This document shows positions 9,743 through 18,260 of a stretch of DNA of 64,000 nucleotides, one piece after another. The translations under genes and the position numbers were made by a program. The DNA is from Candidatus Heimdallarchaeota archaeon (GTDB lineage Archaea; Asgardarchaeota; Heimdallarchaeia; Heimdallarchaeales; Heimdallarchaeaceae). The DNA lies in assembly GCA_018238545.1 (NCBI GenBank), contig JABCTC010000005.1, positions 1 through 64,000 of the forward strand. The letters are read 5' to 3'. The notes below the pieces were generated by a model. The model saw only the letters and a list, made by a program, of their open reading frames with translations, was not told where the DNA came from and did not search any database. Numbering within the stretch: position 1 is the stretch's first letter; the number at the start of each line of letters is the position of its first letter.

Positions 9743-10360
9743 TTGTCATGGAGATTATGGCTAAAATCAAAGCCGAAATCCGTTAACTTAGGGTTTTACG
9801 GAGAAGTAAATGCGGGAAAAACAACTCTCGCTAACAAAATTGGTTTGGATTGGGCAGATCAAGAAGTAGGAATAGTAAGTGAGATTCCTCATGAAACTAG
9901 AGACATTCAAAAATTGGAAAAAGTGAATTTCTCAGCTAATGGTACAAAATTGGATTTAACTTTAATAGATATGCCAGGAATAGCAACTTCTGTTAATCCA
10001 AAGGAATTTCTGAAACATGGTTTAACTGCAAGTGAAGCTATGCAAAGAGCAAAAGAGGCCACCAGAGGAATTATTGAAGCGATAAAGTATCTTGAACAAG
10101 TTGATGTAGCACTTGTTATAATTGACGCATCAAAATCGCCTTTTGATCAAGTGAATTTTACGATCATAGGGAATCTAGAGCATCAGAAAAAACCTTTCAT
10201 TTTAGTACCAAATAAAATTGATTTAGTGGAAGCTGATGTAAGACTTGTCAGAGATGCTTTTAGTCAATATCACGTTGTACCAGTTTCGGCTATTCAAGGT
10301 GATGGTATTGATGAACTTTATGATAAAATTGCTGAGTTAGCTAAAAAGGTGAGGCGATAA
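9743..10360 (+). CDS. oapA: OapA/ArvA Era-like small GTPase
   Basis: G1 GEVNAGKTT, IPHETR, G3 DMPG, family motif QRAKEATRGIIEAIK, G4 NKID, G5 SAI. Confidence 0.9.
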   Translation: MSWRLWLKSKPKSVNLGFYGEVNAGKTTLANKIGLDWADQEVGIVSEIPHETRDIQKLEKVNFSANGTKLDLTLIDMPGIATSVNPKEFLKHGLTASEAMQRAKEATRGIIEAIKYLEQVDVALVIIDASKSPFDQVNFTIIGNLEHQKKPFILVPNKIDLVEADVRLVRDAFSQYHVVPVSAIQGDGIDELYDKIAELAKKVRR

Positions 10361-10362
10361 AT

Positions 10363-10713
10363 ATGAAGTATCGAGTAGACTTTGTTCCATATTCAGAAAC
10401 TAATGACCTCACTGAAGATGAAAAAATCCGTTACATTCTTTCCAAAGTTATGAGGAATACCATCCTTGTACTAGAGAATGGTTTGACACCTACAGAAGAA
10501 ATGAATCTTATCAGTAAAACTATGGGAAAAATCGATTTCGATGATTTTATAGGTCTAAGGTTCTTCTCGTTTGATGGTGGAGATGATTTCAAACTTGCCA
10601 GGTTGTTTGGAAGAGGTTCAAAAAACAAGGTTTTTACCGTTGTGTCTCCTAATGAAGCTGTAACAGTTCAAAAGGATAGACGTGGTATATTATCCATACG
10701 AATTAATGATTAG
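10363..10713 (+). CDS. oapB: OapB/ArvB (DUF2073) protein
   Basis: EKIRYIL..V...ILVLENGLTPTEEMNLI..TM..ID.D.F.G; immediately downstream of oapA. Confidence 0.88.
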   Translation: MKYRVDFVPYSETNDLTEDEKIRYILSKVMRNTILVLENGLTPTEEMNLISKTMGKIDFDDFIGLRFFSFDGGDDFKLARLFGRGSKNKVFTVVSPNEAVTVQKDRRGILSIRIND

Positions 10714-10720
10714 ATTTCAC

Positions 10721-11218
10721 CTATATCTTTCCCAAAATATCCAAAACAAATTGAAAAGTTTCCTCTGTAGAAACATCGGATCGAACAGTAGAAACAATCT
10801 CAGGACCATACAGATTGAGCATATCTGTGAGGATTACTTCCATAATTTCGGCTTCAACGTTCTCTTCAATCTTTTCATCTGTATAACTTCTGTCCATCAA
10901 CCTTTGACGGAGAAGCCCTATGGAAGTCCTGAGAACTATACAAGAAGCAACATAAGCTGGGGGGAGTTCTACTACATGTCCATCTAGGATAAGAGGATTT
11001 AACGAAGAATTTTCTTCAATTAATTCTATTAATCTTGCATTCAACAGATCATCATTCACCACATAACTATCTGTTTCGTCATCAAAGTAGTCATACAAGT
11101 TCTCCTCTTTTACAAGTTTTCCAACCTCGATAAAGGAGAAACCTTCCTTTGAGAGGAGTTTGGAAAGTGTTGTCTTACCTGTTCCTGGAGTCCCGGTAAT
11201 AATAACCGCTTGATTCAT
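10721..11218 (-). CDS. Adenylate kinase AK6/Fap7 (hCINAP) family
   Basis: IITGTPGTGKTT, ILDGH, LR.RL..R.Y..EKI.EN.EAEI; ATG 11218 preferred. Confidence 0.9.
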   Translation of the reverse strand: MNQAVIITGTPGTGKTTLSKLLSKEGFSFIEVGKLVKEENLYDYFDDETDSYVVNDDLLNARLIELIEENSSLNPLILDGHVVELPPAYVASCIVLRTSIGLLRQRLMDRSYTDEKIEENVEAEIMEVILTDMLNLYGPEIVSTVRSDVSTEETFQFVLDILGKI

Positions 11219-11271
11219 TGTTGAATCCTTATTGAAAAAGAATAAAAGCATTTTCACGGAAGAGAGAAGAC

Positions 11272-11306
11272 AGTAGGATAATTCAGAAAAGTAGGAAAAA
11301 TCAGAA
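11272..11306 (+). promoter_or_regulatory. Tandem 17-bp direct repeat upstream of the AbrB/HgcC-arsM operon (candidate operator)
   Basis: agtaggataattcagaa (11272-11288) and agtaggaaaaatcagaa (11290-11306), 18-bp period, just upstream of TATA-like ttattaat. Confidence 0.55.
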
Positions 11307-11347
11307 TGGTTATTAATGCTTAAACAAAAGATAGGTTAGAGATAGAT

Positions 11348-11629
11348 ATGAACAAGGACAGTAAAGACGAGAAATGTTGCCAGTCAAGCTATGAAAAGTT
11401 AGGGTGTTGTCATGTAGAAGGTGTAGCTCAGATTGACAAAAAAGGACAGATAGTTCTTCCAAAGAGTCTTAGGGACGAGATGGGGTTGAAGGAAAAAGAT
11501 AAACTTATCGTAATAGGAATGAGAGACAAAGGGGAGATAGTTAGCATTTCTCTAATAAAAGCAAATACGATGGATAATATGATAAAAATTATGCTCAAGC
11601 CAGTTATGAAAGAAATACTTGAGGAATAA
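11348..11629 (+). CDS. AbrB/MazE-fold regulator, HgcC-like (Cys-Cys motifs)
   Basis: CC.VEG..QIDKKGQIVLPKSLR..MGL...DKL; two N-terminal CC pairs. Confidence 0.8.
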   Translation: MNKDSKDEKCCQSSYEKLGCCHVEGVAQIDKKGQIVLPKSLRDEMGLKEKDKLIVIGMRDKGEIVSISLIKANTMDNMIKIMLKPVMKEILEE

Positions 11630-11639
11630 GGTGAGAAAC

Positions 11640-12482
11640 ATGGAAACAAAAAACGTAAAAAAAATTGTAAGAGATAGATATGGAAAAGTAGCTAAGAGTC
11701 AATCCTCATGCTGCGGTTCCACAAAAGTTGATGCATCTGAAGTAAGCAAAGCAATAGGATATTCTTCACAAGAATTAAGTAGCATTCCTGATGCAGCAAA
11801 TATGGGATTAGGATGTGGTAACCCAACAGCAATAGCTTCACTCAAAGAAGGAGAAATTGTACTTGATTTAGGAGCTGGAGGAGGACTTGATTGTTTTCTA
11901 GCAGCTCAAAAAGTAGGGAGCAAAGGTAAAGTGATTGGAGTTGATATGACGCCAGATATGATTGACTTAGCAAGAGATAATGCGGAGAAGAACAATTTTG
12001 AAAATGTTGAATTTAGATTAGGTGAAATAGAAAATCTACCCGTTGCTAATGATTCCATAGATATTATCATATCTAATTGTGTAATCAATTTATCACCTGA
12101 AAAACAAAGAGTGTTTGATGAAGCATTTAGAGTGCTGAAACCAGGAGGTAGGATTGCAATATCGGATATTGTGCTACTTAAAATGCTTCCAGAATCATTA
12201 AAAAATAATGAAACTTTACTTGCGGGATGTGTAGCAGGAGCGGAATTGAAAGAGAAATATTTAGAAATGATCAAGAATGCAGGTTTCGAAAATGTTGAGG
12301 TTGCAGAAAAAGTACGAACTTCTACTGAGTTAATGGATTCTGGTGAAAGAAAGGGAGACCCCGTACTAGTAGTTGATGGTGAGATAATTGACATTGAAGA
12401 TTTTGAAGAAACAAAAGAAGATGTTGGGTGCATTCAAGATTCAATTCAAAGTATAACCTTGACAGCTACAAAACCAAAATAA
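11640..12482 (+). CDS. arsM: Arsenite S-adenosylmethionine methyltransferase
   Basis: SCCG, NMGLGCGNP, VLDLGAGGGLDC, IISNCVINLSP, GCVAGA; AGGTGA RBS before ATG 11640. Confidence 0.93.
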   Translation: METKNVKKIVRDRYGKVAKSQSSCCGSTKVDASEVSKAIGYSSQELSSIPDAANMGLGCGNPTAIASLKEGEIVLDLGAGGGLDCFLAAQKVGSKGKVIGVDMTPDMIDLARDNAEKNNFENVEFRLGEIENLPVANDSIDIIISNCVINLSPEKQRVFDEAFRVLKPGGRIAISDIVLLKMLPESLKNNETLLAGCVAGAELKEKYLEMIKNAGFENVEVAEKVRTSTELMDSGERKGDPVLVVDGEIIDIEDFEETKEDVGCIQDSIQSITLTATKPK

Positions 12483-12489
12483 AAGAAAT

Positions 12490-12511
12490 AGGGTAAGTTT
12501 TCACTTACCCT
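12490..12511. terminator. Inverted-repeat hairpin between convergent arsM and plsY
   Basis: agggtaagt-tttc-acttaccct forms a 9-bp stem flanked by A/T tracts. Confidence 0.6.
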
Positions 12512-12516
12512 CTATT

Positions 12517-13245
12517 TTATTTCAAAGCTTCATCTGAAAGTTTGCTTTTTCCTCTGAAAACTTTCAGTATGTTCATCTTCTTTGCCTCACCATTTCTTAT
12601 CTTTCTGAAATTGTCCCCTTGTCTGGATAGCATAATTATTGTTATACCAAAAAGCAACACAGCAAGACCGAGATTACATTGTGCCCAAGGCATTAACATC
12701 ACGGAAGGTAAGAACAAAGCAATAACCCCAACTAGGAATGTAACGACAATGTAGGTTATTGATGAATAACCAACAATTGTTATGATAATAGGCCAGAGAA
12801 GAATCCAGAATCCAAGAAGTATAGGATTCGCAAGTGCCATAGAAGCAATTACTACAGTTATACCTTTTCCACCGTGTGAGAATAAATAAATGGGCCAGTT
12901 ATGTCCAAGAATTGCACCAATTCCGCTTAAAGATAAAGCAAAACAAACTAATGTATCATTGAACCAAGGTAATACTAACTCAGAACTCGTAAAATAATAG
13001 GCCCGTGTAATGAAGTAAGGGACAGCCATAGCAATTAGAGATCTAGATACATCAAGGAAGCCGGCAAATATTGCCCAAGGTGTAGAGTTAGTTGCACGAT
13101 AGACATTCCTACCTCCAACATTACCTGAACCAATTTCTCTCAAATCTTTCCCAGTTTTTAGTTTAGTAACAATCCAACTGAAGGGGACAGAACCTATTAG
13201 ATATGAGCTGATAAATACTAGAATATAAACAATTGAAATGTGCAT
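12517..13245 (-). CDS. plsY: Glycerol-3-phosphate acyltransferase PlsY
   Basis: SYLIGSVPF, DLREIGSGNVGGRN, LD, GHNWPI...GGKG; multiple TM segments. Confidence 0.88.
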   Translation of the reverse strand: MHISIVYILVFISSYLIGSVPFSWIVTKLKTGKDLREIGSGNVGGRNVYRATNSTPWAIFAGFLDVSRSLIAMAVPYFITRAYYFTSSELVLPWFNDTLVCFALSLSGIGAILGHNWPIYLFSHGGKGITVVIASMALANPILLGFWILLWPIIITIVGYSSITYIVVTFLVGVIALFLPSVMLMPWAQCNLGLAVLLFGITIIMLSRQGDNFRKIRNGEAKKMNILKVFRGKSKLSDEALK

Positions 13246-13352
13246 GTTCTTGAAATTTCGCGGTTTAATAAAAATTTTTTGTGGGTATAAAATATCTCAA
13301 AACCCTTTCAAGAAACAAATTTTTTAAACTGCTAGTTGCCCAATTAACTATA

Positions 13353-14732
13353 ATGTGCCCTGAAATTTCAAGACATATTTTTAGAGCTTATGACATCAGA
13401 GGGTTATACAACATAGATATAACACCCCCAATTATGTACGAGATCGGTTTAGCATTTGGATCCTATGTAAAAGAAATGCTTAATGGGTCAGAGGTAGCAG
13501 TTGGTTATGATATCCGTCAATCAAGTGTTCCGATAGTTCACTCGTTTATATCAGGAGTGACAGCTGTAGGAATTAATGTTACTTTTGCAGGTACAACTGC
13601 ATTTGGACAAGCACTATTTGCAGGTTGGTCTCTGAACAAAGATGTTATCGCATTTATAACAGCAAGCCATCTACCTCCTGAATGGAATGGCATCAAATTC
13701 TATCATGCAGATGGGGTTGGTTTTTCTGAGGAGGAATTAATGAAGATAAGAGATCGTACAATTAGTAAAAATTTCTCCATAAAAGGTTGGCAAGAAACAG
13801 GCCAAGTAGACAACTATAATGTATCTAAACCTTATTTAGAATTTTTTGTAGATAAATTCAGTTTCTCAAAGAAACTCAAAGTTGCTCTAGACTGTGGTGG
13901 TGGAAGTATGACTCTTTCAGCTCCAGAAGTGTTCACACGTCTTAATTTAGAAGTTGTTCCAATTTATTGTGATCCCGACCCTCTCTTCTCAGGCAGACCA
14001 TCAGATCCCAAACCTGAGAATTTAACTAAGGTAATGGAAGCTGTGAAAGAACAAGATTGTGATTTTGGTGTTGCATTTGATGGAGATGGGGATAGAGCTG
14101 TTATTATTGATAATAAGGGTAAAGTGCTATCTGCCGATCAAACAGGGATTATTATAGGAACGTATGGCTTAAAACAGAAAGATGGAACGATCATAGTCAA
14201 TGTTGAGTGTTCTAAAGCTGTTAAGGAACAACTTGAGCCCTTAGGGTACAAAATCAAACAAATTCCTGTAGGGCACACATACCTCACCATAGAGGCAAAA
14301 CAAGAAAAAGCACCACTAGGTTTAGAATCTAGTGGTCACATTATTATTCCCGAATATTTCTTATTTGATGATGCCATAGTTACGCCGCTTAAGATTGCAG
14401 AAATACTTAATAACTTAGAATCGAGGCTCTCAGATTTAGTAGAAAAAATTCCTATCTATCCCATAAAGAAAGTGGAGATAGACTGCGAGGATGGACTCAA
14501 ATTCGATGTTGTTGAAGCATTTAAAGTAGAAGTTGAAAAAGAATATAAGGAAGTAAACACTCTAGATGGTGTGCGAATAGAGCTGAAAGAAGGATGGGTA
14601 CTAATTCGCCCATCAAACACATCTCCAATAATAAGAATGACAATAGAAGCAAATAATGAACCTGCAATAGAGTCAATCCAGAATAAATTCGAGGATAGAT
14701 TGAAATCGCTAATCAACAAAGCAGCTAAATAA
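13353..14732 (+). CDS. Phosphomannomutase/phosphoglucomutase
   Basis: FRAYDIRG, TASHLP..WNGIK, FDGDGDR, GLESSGH, RPSNTSP; ATG 13353 preferred. Confidence 0.93.
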   Translation: MCPEISRHIFRAYDIRGLYNIDITPPIMYEIGLAFGSYVKEMLNGSEVAVGYDIRQSSVPIVHSFISGVTAVGINVTFAGTTAFGQALFAGWSLNKDVIAFITASHLPPEWNGIKFYHADGVGFSEEELMKIRDRTISKNFSIKGWQETGQVDNYNVSKPYLEFFVDKFSFSKKLKVALDCGGGSMTLSAPEVFTRLNLEVVPIYCDPDPLFSGRPSDPKPENLTKVMEAVKEQDCDFGVAFDGDGDRAVIIDNKGKVLSADQTGIIIGTYGLKQKDGTIIVNVECSKAVKEQLEPLGYKIKQIPVGHTYLTIEAKQEKAPLGLESSGHIIIPEYFLFDDAIVTPLKIAEILNNLESRLSDLVEKIPIYPIKKVEIDCEDGLKFDVVEAFKVEVEKEYKEVNTLDGVRIELKEGWVLIRPSNTSPIIRMTIEANNEPAIESIQNKFEDRLKSLINKAAK

Positions 14733-14741
14733 AGTGATAAA

Positions 14742-15485
14742 ATGAAAATCCCTCTACCTGAGTTTTATTGTCCATATTCGAAAGAGTGTTATCAGTGTTG
14801 TCTAGATACAGAGATGACACTATCTGAAGAGGATATCTCAAGAATAGAGATGTTGGGATATAAAATTGAAGAATTTTTAGAAGAAAAAGATGGTTTCATG
14901 GCATTACAAAATACTGACAACCATTGCATTTTCTTAAAGAATAAAATGTGTTCAATTTATGAAAATCGCCCCCAAGGATGTAGATTTTATCCACTTATAT
15001 ACGACTTCAATACAGAAGATATTGTAATTGACAATTTGTGTGAACACCACGATGTGTTTGATTTAGAAATCTATCGACCACTATTTGATTCAGTTCAGGT
15101 TTTTGTTTACAATTTAATGGGTGAAAGAGAAACAAGAATGAGAAAAACCATGGAAGAAGAGATTAAGGTTGAAGTGAAGGAATCTAAAGAAGACCTTGAA
15201 GACCCATTATCAAAGGAATCTGAAAAAATTAAAAGAGATAAAGAAAAAATCGAGAGGCTGATGGGACAAGCGATTTTGGAAACTCAAGATGAAAGTGTAG
15301 AAAAACTAGAGGAAGCTTTGAAATCTGAAATGAGGGAAATTGAAGAGGAGATTGAGGAGTTAGAGAAGGGAATGCAAGCAGATTTAGTTTCTGCAGAGGA
15401 GTATATCAAAATTACAGAGGAGGGCATAAAATCTGAAATAGAGGAATTAGAAAAAAGAAGGAAAAACGTAGAAGAAGAAGATTAA
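14742..15485 (+). CDS. YkgJ-family cysteine-cluster protein with long acidic coiled-coil tail
   Basis: C...CYQCC, CIFL...CSIYENRPQGCRFYP; E/K-rich C-terminal half. Confidence 0.85.
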   Translation: MKIPLPEFYCPYSKECYQCCLDTEMTLSEEDISRIEMLGYKIEEFLEEKDGFMALQNTDNHCIFLKNKMCSIYENRPQGCRFYPLIYDFNTEDIVIDNLCEHHDVFDLEIYRPLFDSVQVFVYNLMGERETRMRKTMEEEIKVEVKESKEDLEDPLSKESEKIKRDKEKIERLMGQAILETQDESVEKLEEALKSEMREIEEEIEELEKGMQADLVSAEEYIKITEEGIKSEIEELEKRRKNVEEED

Positions 15486-15539
15486 TAGTATTATTGGAGA
15501 ATTGAGAAATTAAACAAGAAGAGAAAAGGGAGTTAAAAT

Positions 15540-16457
15540 TCATAGTTGTTCAATTTTGAACCAGAGCTCAATGAGATCTTTTGAGCCACCTACAAATCCT
15601 ACTCGTTGATGAAGATAGTGCATCTGTGTTAATTTCTTAACATCAAGTGGATTAATATTTTCATATTTTATTTCATGTCCATCAGCTGTAATGTAGAAAC
15701 CATCACCATTAACCTTAGATAGGATGTATAGATAGGGAATTATCTCATAGATGAATCTAAGTTTAGGGGCGAAATAGCCAAAAACACCAGTTTTCTCAAA
15801 AACATTATTCATATCTTGTACCATGCACCCTCCATATCTATTTTTACCTTTAATATCTAAAGCATCTACAAAGAGTTTCTGTTTTGCAGAATGGTCATTA
15901 TATTTACCACCTAAACCAAAAACAGGACTTTTACTTGGACTTATATCTAAGGAATCTCTTATTACACGGAAGTTTTCTCCATCATGAACAAATTGTATAA
16001 AACCTAAATCAGTAGCCAAATCGAATCGTAAGTAAAGGGTATAACTTACAGTTAAAGCAGCGACAGTTTGACCACCTTTATTGATTATGTTTACTATGGC
16101 TCCAGGGCTTCTAGTTCGTATAATCGAGGAACCATCGATAAAATCTCCGAGAATAATATAGTTCCCCGTCCCTTCCATAATATTATTTTCATCAGTTTCT
16201 TCACCCAGTAGTAAGGAATAGAGATGATTTGGCATTCTTTGGAGGAAAAGCTCGTGTGTAGCTATGTCAAGGCTAAGTTGTTCATCACCAGAAACATTAA
16301 TAATTCCTGAATAATCATTTTCACCTAATAAGAAGGTAAGAATCTGTTTTGGGACATCCAAACTAATAGTTATAAGCTCTCTTAGTAAATCGCCTAATTC
16401 TTTTGATTCAAGTTCATCCAGATATGTGTCTAGTGTATGATATTTTATTATTGACAT
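15540..16457 (-). CDS. fbp: Fructose-1,6-bisphosphatase class I (divergent)
   Basis: N.SGDEQLSLD, GEE, DFIDGSS, RYGGCMVQD, KLRFIYE..P. Confidence 0.82.
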   Translation of the reverse strand: MSIIKYHTLDTYLDELESKELGDLLRELITISLDVPKQILTFLLGENDYSGIINVSGDEQLSLDIATHELFLQRMPNHLYSLLLGEETDENNIMEGTGNYIILGDFIDGSSIIRTRSPGAIVNIINKGGQTVAALTVSYTLYLRFDLATDLGFIQFVHDGENFRVIRDSLDISPSKSPVFGLGGKYNDHSAKQKLFVDALDIKGKNRYGGCMVQDMNNVFEKTGVFGYFAPKLRFIYEIIPYLYILSKVNGDGFYITADGHEIKYENINPLDVKKLTQMHYLHQRVGFVGGSKDLIELWFKIEQL

Positions 16458-16468
16458 ATGCTCAAATC

Positions 16469-17641
16469 CTAGTAAGTATTTGATAGATTGTTTTCGACTA
16501 TATACTTATAGCATAATATAGCCGTACCTTTCATTTTCAATGCTTCTATAAAGTCATTCATATCAGAAACAGCTTGAGCGATTATAGAATCTTTTGTGCT
16601 GGTTTTAATACTTTCAACTTCATTAAAGAACTCTTTCCAAGCATATTTTGAACTTTTAGCAAAAGTTGTATGCTCATCTACATCTGGTTTACTGTAAGTA
16701 TCAAGTACCCATTTCCTCATCTTTGCATATAATTCTGGTTCATCAACTTCAAGTATTTTGTAAACTAACCTCTGCCAATGAGTGCCTATATTTCCTTTAG
16801 CTATATTACCATGGGGGAATGTTGATCCAATAACCTTGACTGGAGTACCGGTAATGCCATGCTGTGCTATTCGAGTATGATATCCAAACTTCTTAAATTC
16901 ATCAACTATTTCTACTGTCCTTTGCACATTGATTCCCAATTGTGGTACAACTTTACCGTTTGCGTCAACACTGACACCATGAGTAGACCCGTTTGCTATT
17001 GCAAGATAATCTAATTTCACACCACTCTTTTCTAAGTATTGAACATAATGAGATGCTTCTTCAACACTAGTAAATTCTGTGATCCCAATTTCTCCAACCT
17101 CACCTTCTAAACCATATGGTTTGTCACCCAATTTTTCTTTCAAAAAATCGAACAGTATTAAGCCTTTAGAAAGAATATCCTTTAGTTGTCCGCTGACAGT
17201 TGTTTCCTCTCTGTTGAAGAGGAAGGAAGTATCAATGGCATATCCTGAAAAACCTGCCTCAATTCGAGCATTGATCTCATTCAGCACATTAGACACTTCC
17301 TCGTCAGTGCCTTTTTTTACGGTTAGATGATCAGCATGTAAAGCATAAGCATACCATTGCTCTTTTGCAGCTGCAGATTGACATCTTTCTGCAAATTTTT
17401 TAGGGGTATATCCTGTATATCCACCACTAAGAGACATCTCACTCAATGCAAGTTCAAATATCACAACCGAATTTGTTTGTTTTGCTGCTCTTAATATTCC
17501 TCTAATAACTTCCTCAGTTGCTCTCGGATTTATAGCAGCAATGATTGTTTCTTCTCCTAACACTCCATTCGCAATGAAATTCATGGGAAGTGGAGCCCTT
17601 GGAGTTTCAAAGAATTCAATAACATCTTGTTCTAGAACCAA
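16469..17641 (-). CDS. fba: Class II fructose-bisphosphate aldolase
   Basis: LHADH, AIDTS, EGEVGEIG, LAIANGSTHG, AQHGITG, KGNIGT; TTG start. Confidence 0.9.
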   Translation of the reverse strand: MVLEQDVIEFFETPRAPLPMNFIANGVLGEETIIAAINPRATEEVIRGILRAAKQTNSVVIFELALSEMSLSGGYTGYTPKKFAERCQSAAAKEQWYAYALHADHLTVKKGTDEEVSNVLNEINARIEAGFSGYAIDTSFLFNREETTVSGQLKDILSKGLILFDFLKEKLGDKPYGLEGEVGEIGITEFTSVEEASHYVQYLEKSGVKLDYLAIANGSTHGVSVDANGKVVPQLGINVQRTVEIVDEFKKFGYHTRIAQHGITGTPVKVIGSTFPHGNIAKGNIGTHWQRLVYKILEVDEPELYAKMRKWVLDTYSKPDVDEHTTFAKSSKYAWKEFFNEVESIKTSTKDSIIAQAVSDMNDFIEALKMKGTAILCYKYIVENNLSNTY

Positions 17642-17765
17642 ATAATAACACCGTGTGAAGGATATAATAGATATTTTAAGAATTTTTTCCTATGGATAGA
17701 GCAAAGTTTTCATTCATATAAATTTAAAAAAGGTTAATAGCTTAAATAAGTGAAAAAAATTATAC

Positions 17766-17785
17766 GAAGTTTTTTATAAAACTTC
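17766..17785. promoter_or_regulatory. Palindrome overlapping a TATA box in the divergent fba/DUF4234 intergenic region
   Basis: gaagtttt-ttat-aaaacttc (8-bp arms) encloses tttataaa about 25-30 bp upstream of ATG 17807. Confidence 0.45.
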
Positions 17786-17806
17786 ATTGAATAATGAGTG
17801 ATTAAA

Positions 17807-18106
17807 ATGGTTGAACAAAGAAATCCCTTAATGGTTTTGATCTTGATAATCATCACATTCGGCATCTATGGTCTAGCGTGGATGGTAAAAACAAAGAATG
17901 AAATGAACGAGTTAGGAGCAGATATTCCAACAGCTTGGTTCATTATTATACCTATCTTGAACCTATAGTGGTTCTGGAAGTACTGTGAAGGTTTTGCAAT
18001 CGCTACACAAAAGATGGAAGCTATTGTACTATTCTTAATCTATCTAATCTTCTCTCCAGCTGCAGTATGGATTGTTCAATCTGGACTAAATGAGAAAGCA
18101 ACATAA
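17807..18106 (+). pseudogene. DUF4234-like small membrane protein with one in-frame TAG (codon 54, 17966-17968)
   Basis: Manual translation MVEQRNPLMVLILIIITFGIYGLAWMVKTKNEMNELGADIPTAWFIIIPILNL*WFWKYCEG...WIVQSGLNEKAT; absent from the ORF track. Confidence 0.8.
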
Positions 18107-18167
18107 TCTCATTTTTCCTAATTTTTTTTTTACTTAGAATTTTTTTCTTTATTTGATTTTGTCTTTC

Positions 18168-18260
18168 CACACACGTTATGAAACTTGGTTAAACTTGCCA
18201 AAGGCGTCTAACCGTCGTTTAAATGGTTCCCCTCACGTGTGTTGAGGGGAAGAGATCGGA
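18168..18260 (-). ncRNA. Putative omegaRNA/reRNA 3' region overlapping the tnpB end
   Basis: 9-bp hairpin ttcccctca-cgtgtgt-tgaggggaa (18227-18251) in the last codons of tnpB, where TnpB guide scaffolds are expected. Confidence 0.45.

Noticed and set aside
11348-11629. Mercury methylation locus
   Set aside because: Only an HgcC-like regulator is present; there is no HgcA cap-helix motif or HgcB ferredoxin here.
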